This document shows, piece after piece, positions 38,663 through 47,450 of a stretch of 50,051 nt of DNA (position 1 is its first letter; the number at the start of each line of letters is the position of its first letter). The translations under genes were made by a program, and so were the position numbers. The notes below the pieces were generated by a model. The model had not been told where the DNA came from. It was given only the letters and a program-made list of their open reading frames with translations, and ran no database searches. The stretch covers positions 1 to 50,051 of the forward strand of contig JADFPD010000003.1 of the NCBI GenBank assembly GCA_022562475.1. The letters run 5' to 3'. The stretch is from Chloroflexota bacterium. Lineage in GTDB: Bacteria > Chloroflexota > Dehalococcoidia > Lucifugimonadales > UBA3495.

Positions 38663-38851
38663 TCAGCGGGCGGCCACTGGTCCAGACATTTGAGATTTCA
38701 AACCTTGGTTCTTCCACCACATCTCTTCGGTGCGACCATTACGAAGAAAATATTTGCGGCCGCATTGAAAGCAACTCCAGCCGTCGTAAGACAGCACGAG
38801 ATAGCCGCCGCATTTTCCGCAGTCGTGCATTCTTCCGTACATCCTGTTCAC
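38663..38851 (-). CDS. Small zinc-ribbon protein
   Basis: CGKC...CFQC pairs similar to 12269..12481; GAGGTG RBS suggests start at 38842 is also possible. Confidence 0.65.
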   Translation of the reverse strand: MNRMYGRMHDCGKCGGYLVLSYDGWSCFQCGRKYFLRNGRTEEMWWKNQGLKSQMSGPVAAR

Positions 38852-38971
38852 ACCTCTGGAGTGCCGGACCGGTCCTCAGTCCGTACCACTCCCCCCTTTT
38901 AATGTAGCCATTCCACACACTATTAAACGCTTACAGGTAGTCATAAACCATGACACTGGGCACATTTGGAA

Positions 38972-38987
38972 TGTGAGCATCGTCACA
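38972..38987. promoter_or_regulatory. CRP/FNR-family binding site
   Basis: Perfect TGTGA-N6-TCACA in an AT-rich intergenic region upstream of the zinc-ribbon gene. Confidence 0.55.
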
Positions 38988-39064
38988 TAAAATCAGATCG
39001 GGGTGGCTACCGGGCGGGCGCAAAAAGGAAAAGCCGCTGATTGTTCGAACGCGGCATTTGCCGA

Positions 39065-40246
39065 TTAGCCCATCGGGTCGGCGCCGGGGAAGCCCAACAT
39101 GAATTGGCCGTGGTTTTCATACGCGCGGTCGCTGACCATATTGTGCTGGGCGCCGCCGTGGATGTCGCGCAGGCATTTCTGCAAGATGTGAGAGTTGTAC
39201 ATAGCGGTCCCGCCGCCGAACCGGAACGCCTGGGAAACGATGTCTGAAGCCTCTTCGGTACTGTAGGTCCCCGACGCCCGCAGGCGGACTTGCAACGGTG
39301 GGGGCGGAGTTATGCCTTGGCAGACCGATTCCCATGCCTCTTCGATGGTTTCCATACATAGGGCTTTGGCCGCCCGTAGCCGCAGGTCGGACTCGCCCAG
39401 GAATCGTTGGAACGAGCCCCGGTCGGCCACCAGCGCTTGAGTGCCCTTGTAGCCGCGTTTCTTGTTTTGGGCCAGTTCGGTCACCTCGTCCAGGGCCCGG
39501 CGCCCCACGCCCAGCGCGAACCCGCAATGCCCGGTGGTCTGCATCCCCGGCCGGCCCAGCAGGAAGTTCGGTCCGCCGCGCAGAGGCCTGGCGTCAGCCC
39601 CTCCCCAGGTGAACCGCTGGGGCACAAAAACGCCGGAAACGGAGAACTCGCAACTGCCGGTCCCTCGCAGGCCCACCACGTGCCAATTGTCGTGGATCTG
39701 GACTTGTGAGGTGGGGACCGCCATCCGGACCATCTGGCTTGGTTCTGGGGTGCCGTCCGCAACCATGGCCGCGAAGGCAACCCACTCTGAATGCCGTATT
39801 CCGCTGGCGAAGGCCCAGCGCCCGGTGACCCGGTAGCCTCCTTCCACCGGCGTCGCCTGGCCGCTGGGAAAAGCCACTCCCGCGGCTTTGGGGGCCTTGC
39901 CGTCAACGAAGATCTCATCGATGGCCTCGTCGCAAAGAAAAGCGGCCATGCCGGACAGCGTGCCGGCGCCGATCATCAAGCACCACCCGGCCGACGGCTC
40001 GATGCGGCTGGCGGCCTCGATCACCTCCAATTGAATCATGGCGTCGGCCTCGGCCCCGCCCAGGACAGCGGCCGTCTTGAAGGAAAACAGGCCGGACTCA
40101 TAGATGGCGTCCACCGTGGCTTGGGGCAAAGTGCCCGCCTCTTCAGCGTCGTCGGCCCCAGCCAAAAATACCCCCCGCAAGCCCTCCACTGCGTCCAGCA
40201 ACGCCCGCCGCTTGGCCTCCCGCTGTTCAGGAAATGTTGCGATCAA
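39065..40246 (-). CDS. Acyl-CoA dehydrogenase-fold flavin-dependent monooxygenase (HsaA-like)
   Basis: GGYRVTGRWAFASG, DNWHVVGLRGTGS and GGTAMY....LQKCLRD; TTG start after GGAG. Confidence 0.85.
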   Translation of the reverse strand: MIATFPEQREAKRRALLDAVEGLRGVFLAGADDAEEAGTLPQATVDAIYESGLFSFKTAAVLGGAEADAMIQLEVIEAASRIEPSAGWCLMIGAGTLSGMAAFLCDEAIDEIFVDGKAPKAAGVAFPSGQATPVEGGYRVTGRWAFASGIRHSEWVAFAAMVADGTPEPSQMVRMAVPTSQVQIHDNWHVVGLRGTGSCEFSVSGVFVPQRFTWGGADARPLRGGPNFLLGRPGMQTTGHCGFALGVGRRALDEVTELAQNKKRGYKGTQALVADRGSFQRFLGESDLRLRAAKALCMETIEEAWESVCQGITPPPPLQVRLRASGTYSTEEASDIVSQAFRFGGGTAMYNSHILQKCLRDIHGGAQHNMVSDRAYENHGQFMLGFPGADPMG

Positions 40247-40381
40247 TTTTAGTCTCCATTGGCCACGAGTGTTGGTCGTGGCTTGTTGAAACGTTCGTTG
40301 AGTAGATGGCGGCATCGTAGGCGCGCCTTATGGGGAAAGTGTTATCTCTATCGCTGTGGCTGTCAAATTGGGGGCTGGGGG

Positions 40382-40425
40382 TGGTGAGCGGTGCGGGGGT
40401 CGAACCCGCGGCGCCTGGGTTAAAA
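40382..40425 (-). pseudogene. 3' half of tRNA-Lys(UUU), likely displaced att-site fragment
   Basis: Minus strand TTTTAA-CCCAG-GCGCC-GCGGG-TTCGACC-CCCGC-ACCGCTC-A-CCA gives tRNA positions 33-76; no 5' acceptor strand or D-arm upstream. Confidence 0.8.
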
Positions 40426-40713
40426 CTACGGCCGAAGACCATGCGACTGCGCGCAACGGGTAATCATTGCCGTTCTCTACTCTGGTTGGGAGACATCAAG
40501 CTCGGCGCGTTCCGGTGGTTTCTAGCTTTCTGTTGCGCCTATGTTGCAATCTTCGCGACCTGTGTAGATGCAAGACCGGACTAAATCATGTTTGGTAATA
40601 TTTAATTGACTGATTCTCAATTTTACAAGCGACTATAGCGCCACGATTTGTACGATTCTTGACCTCGACCTGGTAACCTATGGAATAAACTAAAAACGTC
40701 TAGCAATCGATTT

Positions 40714-42111
40714 ATGACGGCCACGAATAACCTAAATGTCATCTTGCAATTGACCGACTCAGTTATGACTCGCGCCTGCGCGGTCCGTTTGAACCACGAT
40801 GACGTATCGATGCCCTGGGAAAGTTTGCTTGAGCGATACCTCAAATACCCTCCATTTGAGGAGTTGCTCCAAGAGCAACGCATAACTTCTGATTCCTCCA
40901 GAATCTTGTCAGCGATCCAAGACTTGGCCTATGTCAGCGACGACGACGGGTTGCTCCATGACTTGTTCCCTGGAACGATCGTCAAGCAAGGGGGCCGCGC
41001 TTTAGCAACCGGGACGGTTCCGGAAGTGGGCCTCGGGCGCGCAGGAGAGTTAGAAGTCGCGGTGATTGACTTAGAATTGGACCGCTGGAATGTGGGCTAC
41101 AGCCGCAATCTGGTGGGTTTCAAAAAACGGAGATGGGCGAAGGACGAGCAGGCCTATCGGGAATTTATCAGGTCCGCGGTTGAACGCGACCACGGTTCTT
41201 CGGACGCTGATTCTATCCTTGAACTGGATTCCGCGCAGGACAGGCTAACGCTGCTGCGGTCGTTGGCCACGCGAATCTGGGAAGCCGACTTTGAGAGCTA
41301 TTCGCGTTTCACCGGTCAAAGACTCATATTTAAGTCGGGGGATGAAACGGTCCAGAACATGATCGCCGGCGGCGGTGGCATCTGCTCGGAAAAAGTCCAG
41401 GCGCTGAAATTCCTAACAGACAACCTGGGGTACGAGTCGGAGTATCTACTGGCCGGACCCAACGCTCGAAATCCGCTCCCAGAAGAAAGATTGAGGAATC
41501 TCCTCGCTACGTTCGAATTCGATTACTCGAAACGGTATATGCGTTACTGGGAGCACTTGGCGTTGTTGTATCACCTAGACGGCTCCGACATTGTCGTGGA
41601 CGCCACGAATGGGAATATACCCCTCCTATTCCTAGCTGGGGCCGAGGTCGATAAGATGCTTAATCGTAAGGAAAAAACTCCGGTATCCGTGAGGATGTCA
41701 CTTAATGAGGAGTCTTTTTACTACCACCGGGTATCTCAGGATATTCCGGAGAACCTGCTTTTTGCGCTGGAGGGTTGGATACCTGAGGTTGACTTGATCC
41801 AAGTGTTTGAAAACGAATTAGGCCTTTTCATCTCAGAAGGATTCTTCATCACTCCGATCGTATACAAGAATCAGCAGGAGTTCTTGGACCTCCGGAAGCA
41901 ATATATAAACGCGTGTGGGAAAGTCGGATTCGATTGCGCCATCGCAGAAGAATGGGACTTGGAGTCCGAGATTGGACAAATGTTTGCCAAGGAGCACCCT
42001 TTCGCCAGCCGGCAAATCATGGAGTGCGAAGAGCACTTATTGTTCCGATACAATGAGAGCGAAGGTCAAGACCACAAAGCCGGTATCGTGGTAGTAAGTC
42101 TGAAGCAATGA
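40714..42111 (+). CDS. Arylamine N-acetyltransferase/transglutaminase-like Cys-His-Asp protein with N-terminal extension
   Basis: GGGICSEK..ALKFL..NLGY, EHLALLY.LDG and IVVDATNG match NAT/TGase catalytic core spacing; start uncertain (40714-40810). Confidence 0.7.
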   Translation: MTATNNLNVILQLTDSVMTRACAVRLNHDDVSMPWESLLERYLKYPPFEELLQEQRITSDSSRILSAIQDLAYVSDDDGLLHDLFPGTIVKQGGRALATGTVPEVGLGRAGELEVAVIDLELDRWNVGYSRNLVGFKKRRWAKDEQAYREFIRSAVERDHGSSDADSILELDSAQDRLTLLRSLATRIWEADFESYSRFTGQRLIFKSGDETVQNMIAGGGGICSEKVQALKFLTDNLGYESEYLLAGPNARNPLPEERLRNLLATFEFDYSKRYMRYWEHLALLYHLDGSDIVVDATNGNIPLLFLAGAEVDKMLNRKEKTPVSVRMSLNEESFYYHRVSQDIPENLLFALEGWIPEVDLIQVFENELGLFISEGFFITPIVYKNQQEFLDLRKQYINACGKVGFDCAIAEEWDLESEIGQMFAKEHPFASRQIMECEEHLLFRYNESEGQDHKAGIVVVSLKQ

Positions 42112-42194
42112 TCGTATGTGCCGTGCTGCCACCGGTTATCCCAGCTATTGAGTATTCGAGTTAACTGACAAGGAATCACTGAGATTATCTCGGC

Positions 42195-43265
42195 ATGATA
42201 GAACTGATCTTAATAGGTTTTTACCGCGCCAGGCGGAAGAAAAAACTCGGCGGCTCCGTAGTGTTGTCGGCTCTTCTGCTCAGCATTGTCGGAAATGCGA
42301 TGACCTTCTTTCTGTTTGAGAGAAGCATACGTCCGGATTTATCGATTGGCGATAGCTTTTGGTACAGTATGATATCGATTACGACTATCGGATACGGTGA
42401 CCTATCCGCGACAACTCTTGGCGCCAGGATCGGAACGATCCTTTTTATCACGATTTTGGGTCTAACTGCGTTCACGGCATCAGCCGGCATGTTGATCAAC
42501 TGGCTGATCGAGTTGCAGAGCCGGGAGCGGTCCGGCGTGGGGAGGTTATATCTGAAGAATCACATATTGATAATCAACTACCCAAACGAGGCTCGTGTAC
42601 GTAACATCATCGACGAATACACGTCGGATTCCAGCCACAAAAACGACGACATCACCGTGGTGACGGACCGTGTGGAATCGTTGCCATTCCACCAACCAAA
42701 CATCCATTTCTTGCGCGGCTCGCCCCTGGAGATGGAAACCTATGATAGGGCGGCGGTCGCTGGAGCCCAGAAAGCGATCGTATTAAGCACGGGCTACGAC
42801 GACCCAAACAGTGACAGCATCGTCGCCTCTGCCGTCTCCGTGTTGCACCGTTCAAACCCTAATATCATGGCCACCGTGGAATGTATCAATTCCAGGCACG
42901 CGGTGCTGTTTGAGGGGATGGAGAATACCTCCCTGGTTTTCCCGCTACAGATGGCCAACAATCTTCTTGTGCAAGAATCTCAAGATCCTGGAGTAAGCCT
43001 GCTGGCCCAAGTCATCACTAGTAATAAAATGGAAGGCACCCTGCTCAGCATACGGTTGGAAGACATGCCGGAACAGCGTGTCTCTTATCCGGAGCTGGCA
43101 AAAAACATGCTGGACATCGACGTTAACGTGGTGGGCATCGTGCGTGACGGGACCGTGCATCTCAGGTTCAAAGACCTATTCCCCATGAAAGATGACGTGA
43201 TGGTCTATATCGCCTCCTCCCGGCTGGATCGGAGTTCAGTGAATTTAGCGAGAAATAATGGGTAG
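42195..43265 (+). CDS. Two-TM potassium channel with RCK (TrkA-N) domain
   Basis: DSFWYSMISITTIGYGD selectivity filter; KNHILII.. and FLRGSP...YDRAAV..AQKAIVL RCK features. Confidence 0.9.
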   Translation: MIELILIGFYRARRKKKLGGSVVLSALLLSIVGNAMTFFLFERSIRPDLSIGDSFWYSMISITTIGYGDLSATTLGARIGTILFITILGLTAFTASAGMLINWLIELQSRERSGVGRLYLKNHILIINYPNEARVRNIIDEYTSDSSHKNDDITVVTDRVESLPFHQPNIHFLRGSPLEMETYDRAAVAGAQKAIVLSTGYDDPNSDSIVASAVSVLHRSNPNIMATVECINSRHAVLFEGMENTSLVFPLQMANNLLVQESQDPGVSLLAQVITSNKMEGTLLSIRLEDMPEQRVSYPELAKNMLDIDVNVVGIVRDGTVHLRFKDLFPMKDDVMVYIASSRLDRSSVNLARNNG

Positions 43266-43291
43266 ACCTATATTGATCGGCAGCTTAAACG

Positions 43292-46200
43292 ATGGCTAAG
43301 AATCAGGTAATCGATCGGCTAAATGGCATTGCTCGATCCATGAATGCTCAAGATGGGTCTACTACCCAATTGGCCAAAAACCGCCTGAAAAAGATCAGGA
43401 GCCAAGAGGTCGGTTCTTTTTCCGATGCCCAATTACGGGACACCATCACGGCGTTCACCCGCCAAAACCATAGCCACTCGGGTGAAGATGCTTTGCCGCA
43501 GGTGTTCGCTGTCGTCAATGAAGCAATCAATCGACGTCAGGGAGCATGGCGATTTTTCGAATCGGCCGCCATGGACCATAAACTTGCGGCGATTCACGAA
43601 CGGGCCGACCGCATCTCCCAAAGAGCTGATTACAAGAAAGCAGTGATCGAGTGGGCTTCCAACGGCGGCGAATGCTGGGAGAGCTTCCATCGCGCCGTCA
43701 CGCCGGTCTTGGTCCGCCAGAAGCTAGAATCCTGGGAGAAGGTCTTGGTCGGAACGGTCCTATATGTGCGTCAACGAAGCCAGGTGGCGTACACGGCAGA
43801 CATCCTACTCCCCGCATGTTTCTACGAGACACTTCGGAGCCGTGACGAAGAACAAGAGCTGGCATTCGAGGTGACCGACGCACAGGTCCTGGCCGGCCTC
43901 CTTCTATACCAAGGGAAGATCGTGGAGATGAATGCCGGCGAGGGTAAAACGATAGCCGCGGTATTTCCCGCCGTGCTGCACGCGGTCCACGGTAGAAAGG
44001 TGCACGTGATCACCGCCAACGATTACCTGGCTGCCAGAGATGCCGAGTGGCTTGCCCAGGTTTTTGGGTCCCTTGGACTGGGCGTGAGCGCCGTTTTGGA
44101 GGTTATGGAGGAATCTGAACGGAAAATCGCCTACGGGAAGGCGATCGTATACGGCGCGCTTAGGGAATTTGGGTTCGACTTCATGCGGGACAACCTAAAA
44201 CTGTCATCTGCTGAGGTCGTCCAACGTGAATTGGATGTGGTCATCATAGATGAGGCCGATCACGCGTTGATCGACGAGGCTAATATTCCATTGATCATTG
44301 TCGGCGGCGCCGGCGAAATCCCGAAAATACCGGCCAAGCTCCGGAGGACCATCGAACAGTTGGTTGACCTGCAGCGGGCTGCCGTTTCGGAATTAGAGCA
44401 GGAATTGGAACGCGTTCGATCGGGTTCAAATGCCGCTTTCCTAGTCTTGGCGAAACTTTATCTCGCAGACCCTGACAATGCATTGTTGCAGCAAGAAATC
44501 GCTTCCGGTCCGAAGTGTTTGAAACGCCTGCAACGAGTTATCTCCGAGTACCGAGTTGAAGAAGAATATGATTCTTTGACCGCCGGTTTTTCTTATTGGA
44601 TCGACAACGACGGTAAATCCCTATGCCTGACCGAGAAAGGCCAGGATTTTATCGAGTCCTGTCTCGGCCCACTGTTTGACGACTCGGAACTCAGGGACCG
44701 GCTCAGCGATTCCCATGCGAATCAGGACCTACCGCTGAAGTTACGCAGGAAAGAGACCAACGACCTCAGCCGCCAACTTGCGAGGAAGCAAGACCGGATG
44801 CACCAAATAGTGCGCATGATCTGGGGCTACGCTCTCCTGAAAAAGGATGTGGACTACCTCGTGAGAGATGATCAGGTAGTCCTGATCGACAAATACACCG
44901 GGCGAGGACGCCCCGATACCCGTTACCACTTCGGGCTTCAGGCGGCCCTCGAAGTAAAAGAGGGCGTTACCGTGCAGCCGGAGCAACAAGTGCTGGGGCA
45001 GATATCCGTACGAGGGTATATCTCCCAATACGGCATGGTGTCCGGGATGACTGGGACCGCCATGTCCTCCAGAAGCGAATTTAGACGTGGCTACGGCTTG
45101 GATGTCATATCCGTAGCTCCCAGCAACGCCGTCAAGCGCACCGACCATGAGCCCAGGATGTATTTCAGCAAGCAAGACAAGCTTCAGGCCATGTTGGATG
45201 AGGTCCGGTTCTGGCATGAAGTTGGCAGGCCGGTGTTGATCGGTACCCATTCCATCGGTGAATGTGATCTGATCTCTCAACTGTTGACTCGTGACGGCAT
45301 CGAGCACAACCTGCTCAACGCGGCAAACGACTTGGAAGAGGACCGGACCATTAACGAAGCAGGCCATTTCGGTTCGGTAACTGTGGCCACCGACATGGCA
45401 GGAAGAGGGACCGACATCATCTTGGAGGCCGGTTTGGACCGGCGGATCGCCGGTAGCTACGTTGCGTTGCTGTGCCGATTGCTTTCACAAGGGGTTGGAG
45501 TTGTGAAACTCAACTGCCCCACGGACGGCGCCGCTGAGATATTGTTGTCGGCCATCGGCGCCGGGGACCTGGGTTATTCAATCGTCAAACTCAATCAAGG
45601 GTCCCGGACAGAGGTGGTCCTGCGTGCCCAAGACTCGTCCTCACACAGCGGTACGGTCACCATGGACTTTGGGCTTGGCCTGCTGGTGATCGGAACGGAA
45701 GCCAGCGATAACGCGAGGGTTGATCATCAGCTCATGGGGCGGAGCGGACGGCAGGGCGCTTTTGGAGCGTCGCAGTTCTTCCTTTCTTCAGAAGACAGTC
45801 TCCTAAAGGACACAGGCCCAGCTCTTTCAGCGGCGAAGGATGCCCGGTTAGACTCAGCCGGCCGGACCTTTCAGGAAGGAGCGCCGTTGATTCGCCACCT
45901 CGAACAACTCCAGAAAAATGCCGAGAAGGATGCCGAATCACGTCGCGCGAGAATCGAAGAGTACACCAAGGTTTTCGAAGCCCAGTCTTTTGCCTACTAC
46001 CGCAGCCGCAGGGACATCCTTCGCATGGACGACTTCCAGTCCTTCCTTGACGGCTTAGTCTCCGCAAAGGCAGCGCAACTCTCACAAAAGTACTTCCCGG
46101 GAAGGCAGGTTGATGACTACGCGCGTCAATTTGCGGACCTGAGCGAGGAATTAGACTTAGATTACAATGTTTCGGCCTCTGAATTACGCGGTGTAGACCT

Positions 46201-46567
46201 AAACCTTCTCGAGCAGGGAATCGCCGGATTGCTCAATGAAAAACTGGACCGGGCTAGAGAGAGGTTCGCCGGCAATAAGTTTAACGAGTTGGGCACGCTA
46301 TTATATCTGCAAACAAGCGACGAACTATGGAAAGATCATATCTCCAACGTCCAGAGCTTGATTCTGAGCACCCAGTTGTGCGGCTATCATGGAAGAGGCG
46401 ACATGGCTGCTTTCACACTAACAAGCTTCGCGTCATATGAGCTATTTCAAACTCGAATCATGGATTCGTTCTTACCTAGACTGTCCGATTTCCCAAATCC
46501 GCCAACCGGCGGGCCCCAGCCGCCGCAGATAGAACTATTCCAGGATGTCATGGAGATTCTGGCATAA
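43292..46567 (+). CDS. secA: Divergent SecA paralogue (preprotein translocase ATPase)
   Basis: EMNAGEGKT, VHVITANDYLAARDAEW, EFGFDFMRDNL, IIDEAD..LIDEA, GMTGTA, GRPVLIGT, ATDMAGRGTDI and QLMGRSGRQG; no C-terminal zinc-binding motif. Confidence 0.9.
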   Translation: MAKNQVIDRLNGIARSMNAQDGSTTQLAKNRLKKIRSQEVGSFSDAQLRDTITAFTRQNHSHSGEDALPQVFAVVNEAINRRQGAWRFFESAAMDHKLAAIHERADRISQRADYKKAVIEWASNGGECWESFHRAVTPVLVRQKLESWEKVLVGTVLYVRQRSQVAYTADILLPACFYETLRSRDEEQELAFEVTDAQVLAGLLLYQGKIVEMNAGEGKTIAAVFPAVLHAVHGRKVHVITANDYLAARDAEWLAQVFGSLGLGVSAVLEVMEESERKIAYGKAIVYGALREFGFDFMRDNLKLSSAEVVQRELDVVIIDEADHALIDEANIPLIIVGGAGEIPKIPAKLRRTIEQLVDLQRAAVSELEQELERVRSGSNAAFLVLAKLYLADPDNALLQQEIASGPKCLKRLQRVISEYRVEEEYDSLTAGFSYWIDNDGKSLCLTEKGQDFIESCLGPLFDDSELRDRLSDSHANQDLPLKLRRKETNDLSRQLARKQDRMHQIVRMIWGYALLKKDVDYLVRDDQVVLIDKYTGRGRPDTRYHFGLQAALEVKEGVTVQPEQQVLGQISVRGYISQYGMVSGMTGTAMSSRSEFRRGYGLDVISVAPSNAVKRTDHEPRMYFSKQDKLQAMLDEVRFWHEVGRPVLIGTHSIGECDLISQLLTRDGIEHNLLNAANDLEEDRTINEAGHFGSVTVATDMAGRGTDIILEAGLDRRIAGSYVALLCRLLSQGVGVVKLNCPTDGAAEILLSAIGAGDLGYSIVKLNQGSRTEVVLRAQDSSSHSGTVTMDFGLGLLVIGTEASDNARVDHQLMGRSGRQGAFGASQFFLSSEDSLLKDTGPALSAAKDARLDSAGRTFQEGAPLIRHLEQLQKNAEKDAESRRARIEEYTKVFEAQSFAYYRSRRDILRMDDFQSFLDGLVSAKAAQLSQKYFPGRQVDDYARQFADLSEELDLDYNVSASELRGVDLNLLEQGIAGLLNEKLDRARERFAGNKFNELGTLLYLQTSDELWKDHISNVQSLILSTQLCGYHGRGDMAAFTLTSFASYELFQTRIMDSFLPRLSDFPNPPTGGPQPPQIELFQDVMEILA

Positions 46568-46618
46568 ACGCCGTTGGGACCTAAGACCCGAGGAATCATT
46601 CTGAGAGGGGTATGAGAC

Positions 46619-47425
46619 ATGGCTAAACGAAAAAGAATGGGAATGTCGCTTCTCCTGGGCTCTGGCATGCTGGTAGCCGGCCCGGTGATAGCCGGTTGTT
46701 CGCCCGGCGTGAGCGCAAATGATTGGGCCGCCACCGAGGGCGCCATCGGCAGGATCAACATGGATGCGGTCCAAGAGGCGTTTCAGAAATCCCAGACCGT
46801 CGAGGAATTCGAAAAGCGTTTGAATGAGATCTACGAAGGGGACGGTATCGTTTTGATCCGAGCCAAGGAAGAGGATGGAAAACGCATTATCGAAGCCTAT
46901 GAGGAGCTGGATAACAACAGTGAAATAGACCCAGCAAAAGACGATTTGCTATTTACAATTACGAATGAAAATAATAACAACGAACTACGCGGGCGCGGCG
47001 CGAATAGGCATTACAGCGCCTTTGGGGGCGGCGGGAATTTTCTCTTTACCTACCTGATCTTCTCGTCAATCACACGAGGTGGTTACGGTTACCACACGCC
47101 TCGTTCCCGGGTACCGCAGATGAAGAGCGATCGGACTAGTTATCGTAATTCTTCGGGATATTCGGGCGGGTCTAGCGGAGGGCAGGTCAAGAGAAACTCC
47201 AATTATTACAACAAACAAAGCGCGTCCAATCGAAACTCCTATAATAGCGCCGGCCGCAATTTGAGCCCAGCCAGGCAGAGCTATATCGGAAGGCAGAAAA
47301 GCAGCGGGGCATTTAAGAGCAGCAGGACCGGAGTCAGAGGCAGTTTTGGAAGATCCGGCGGGAGAAGTGGAGGGGTCAGGGGAGGCGGTGGCGCACAGGT
47401 TATCATCGGTCACTTAAGGCGGTGA
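46619..47425 (+). CDS. Lipoprotein with acidic globular domain and Gly/Ser/Arg/Tyr-rich disordered tail
   Basis: Basic N-terminus, hydrophobic core and lipobox IAG-C; tail ending RGSFGRSGGRSGGVRGGGG. Confidence 0.8.
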   Translation: MAKRKRMGMSLLLGSGMLVAGPVIAGCSPGVSANDWAATEGAIGRINMDAVQEAFQKSQTVEEFEKRLNEIYEGDGIVLIRAKEEDGKRIIEAYEELDNNSEIDPAKDDLLFTITNENNNNELRGRGANRHYSAFGGGGNFLFTYLIFSSITRGGYGYHTPRSRVPQMKSDRTSYRNSSGYSGGSSGGQVKRNSNYYNKQSASNRNSYNSAGRNLSPARQSYIGRQKSSGAFKSSRTGVRGSFGRSGGRSGGVRGGGGAQVIIGHLRR

Positions 47426-47450
47426 CCCTCCTCAGATAGCGAGCAGAAGA

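Noticed and set aside
40382-40460. Complete functional tRNA gene
   Set aside because: No 5' acceptor strand complementary to ACCGCTC, no D-arm and no 5' anticodon stem upstream on the minus strand.
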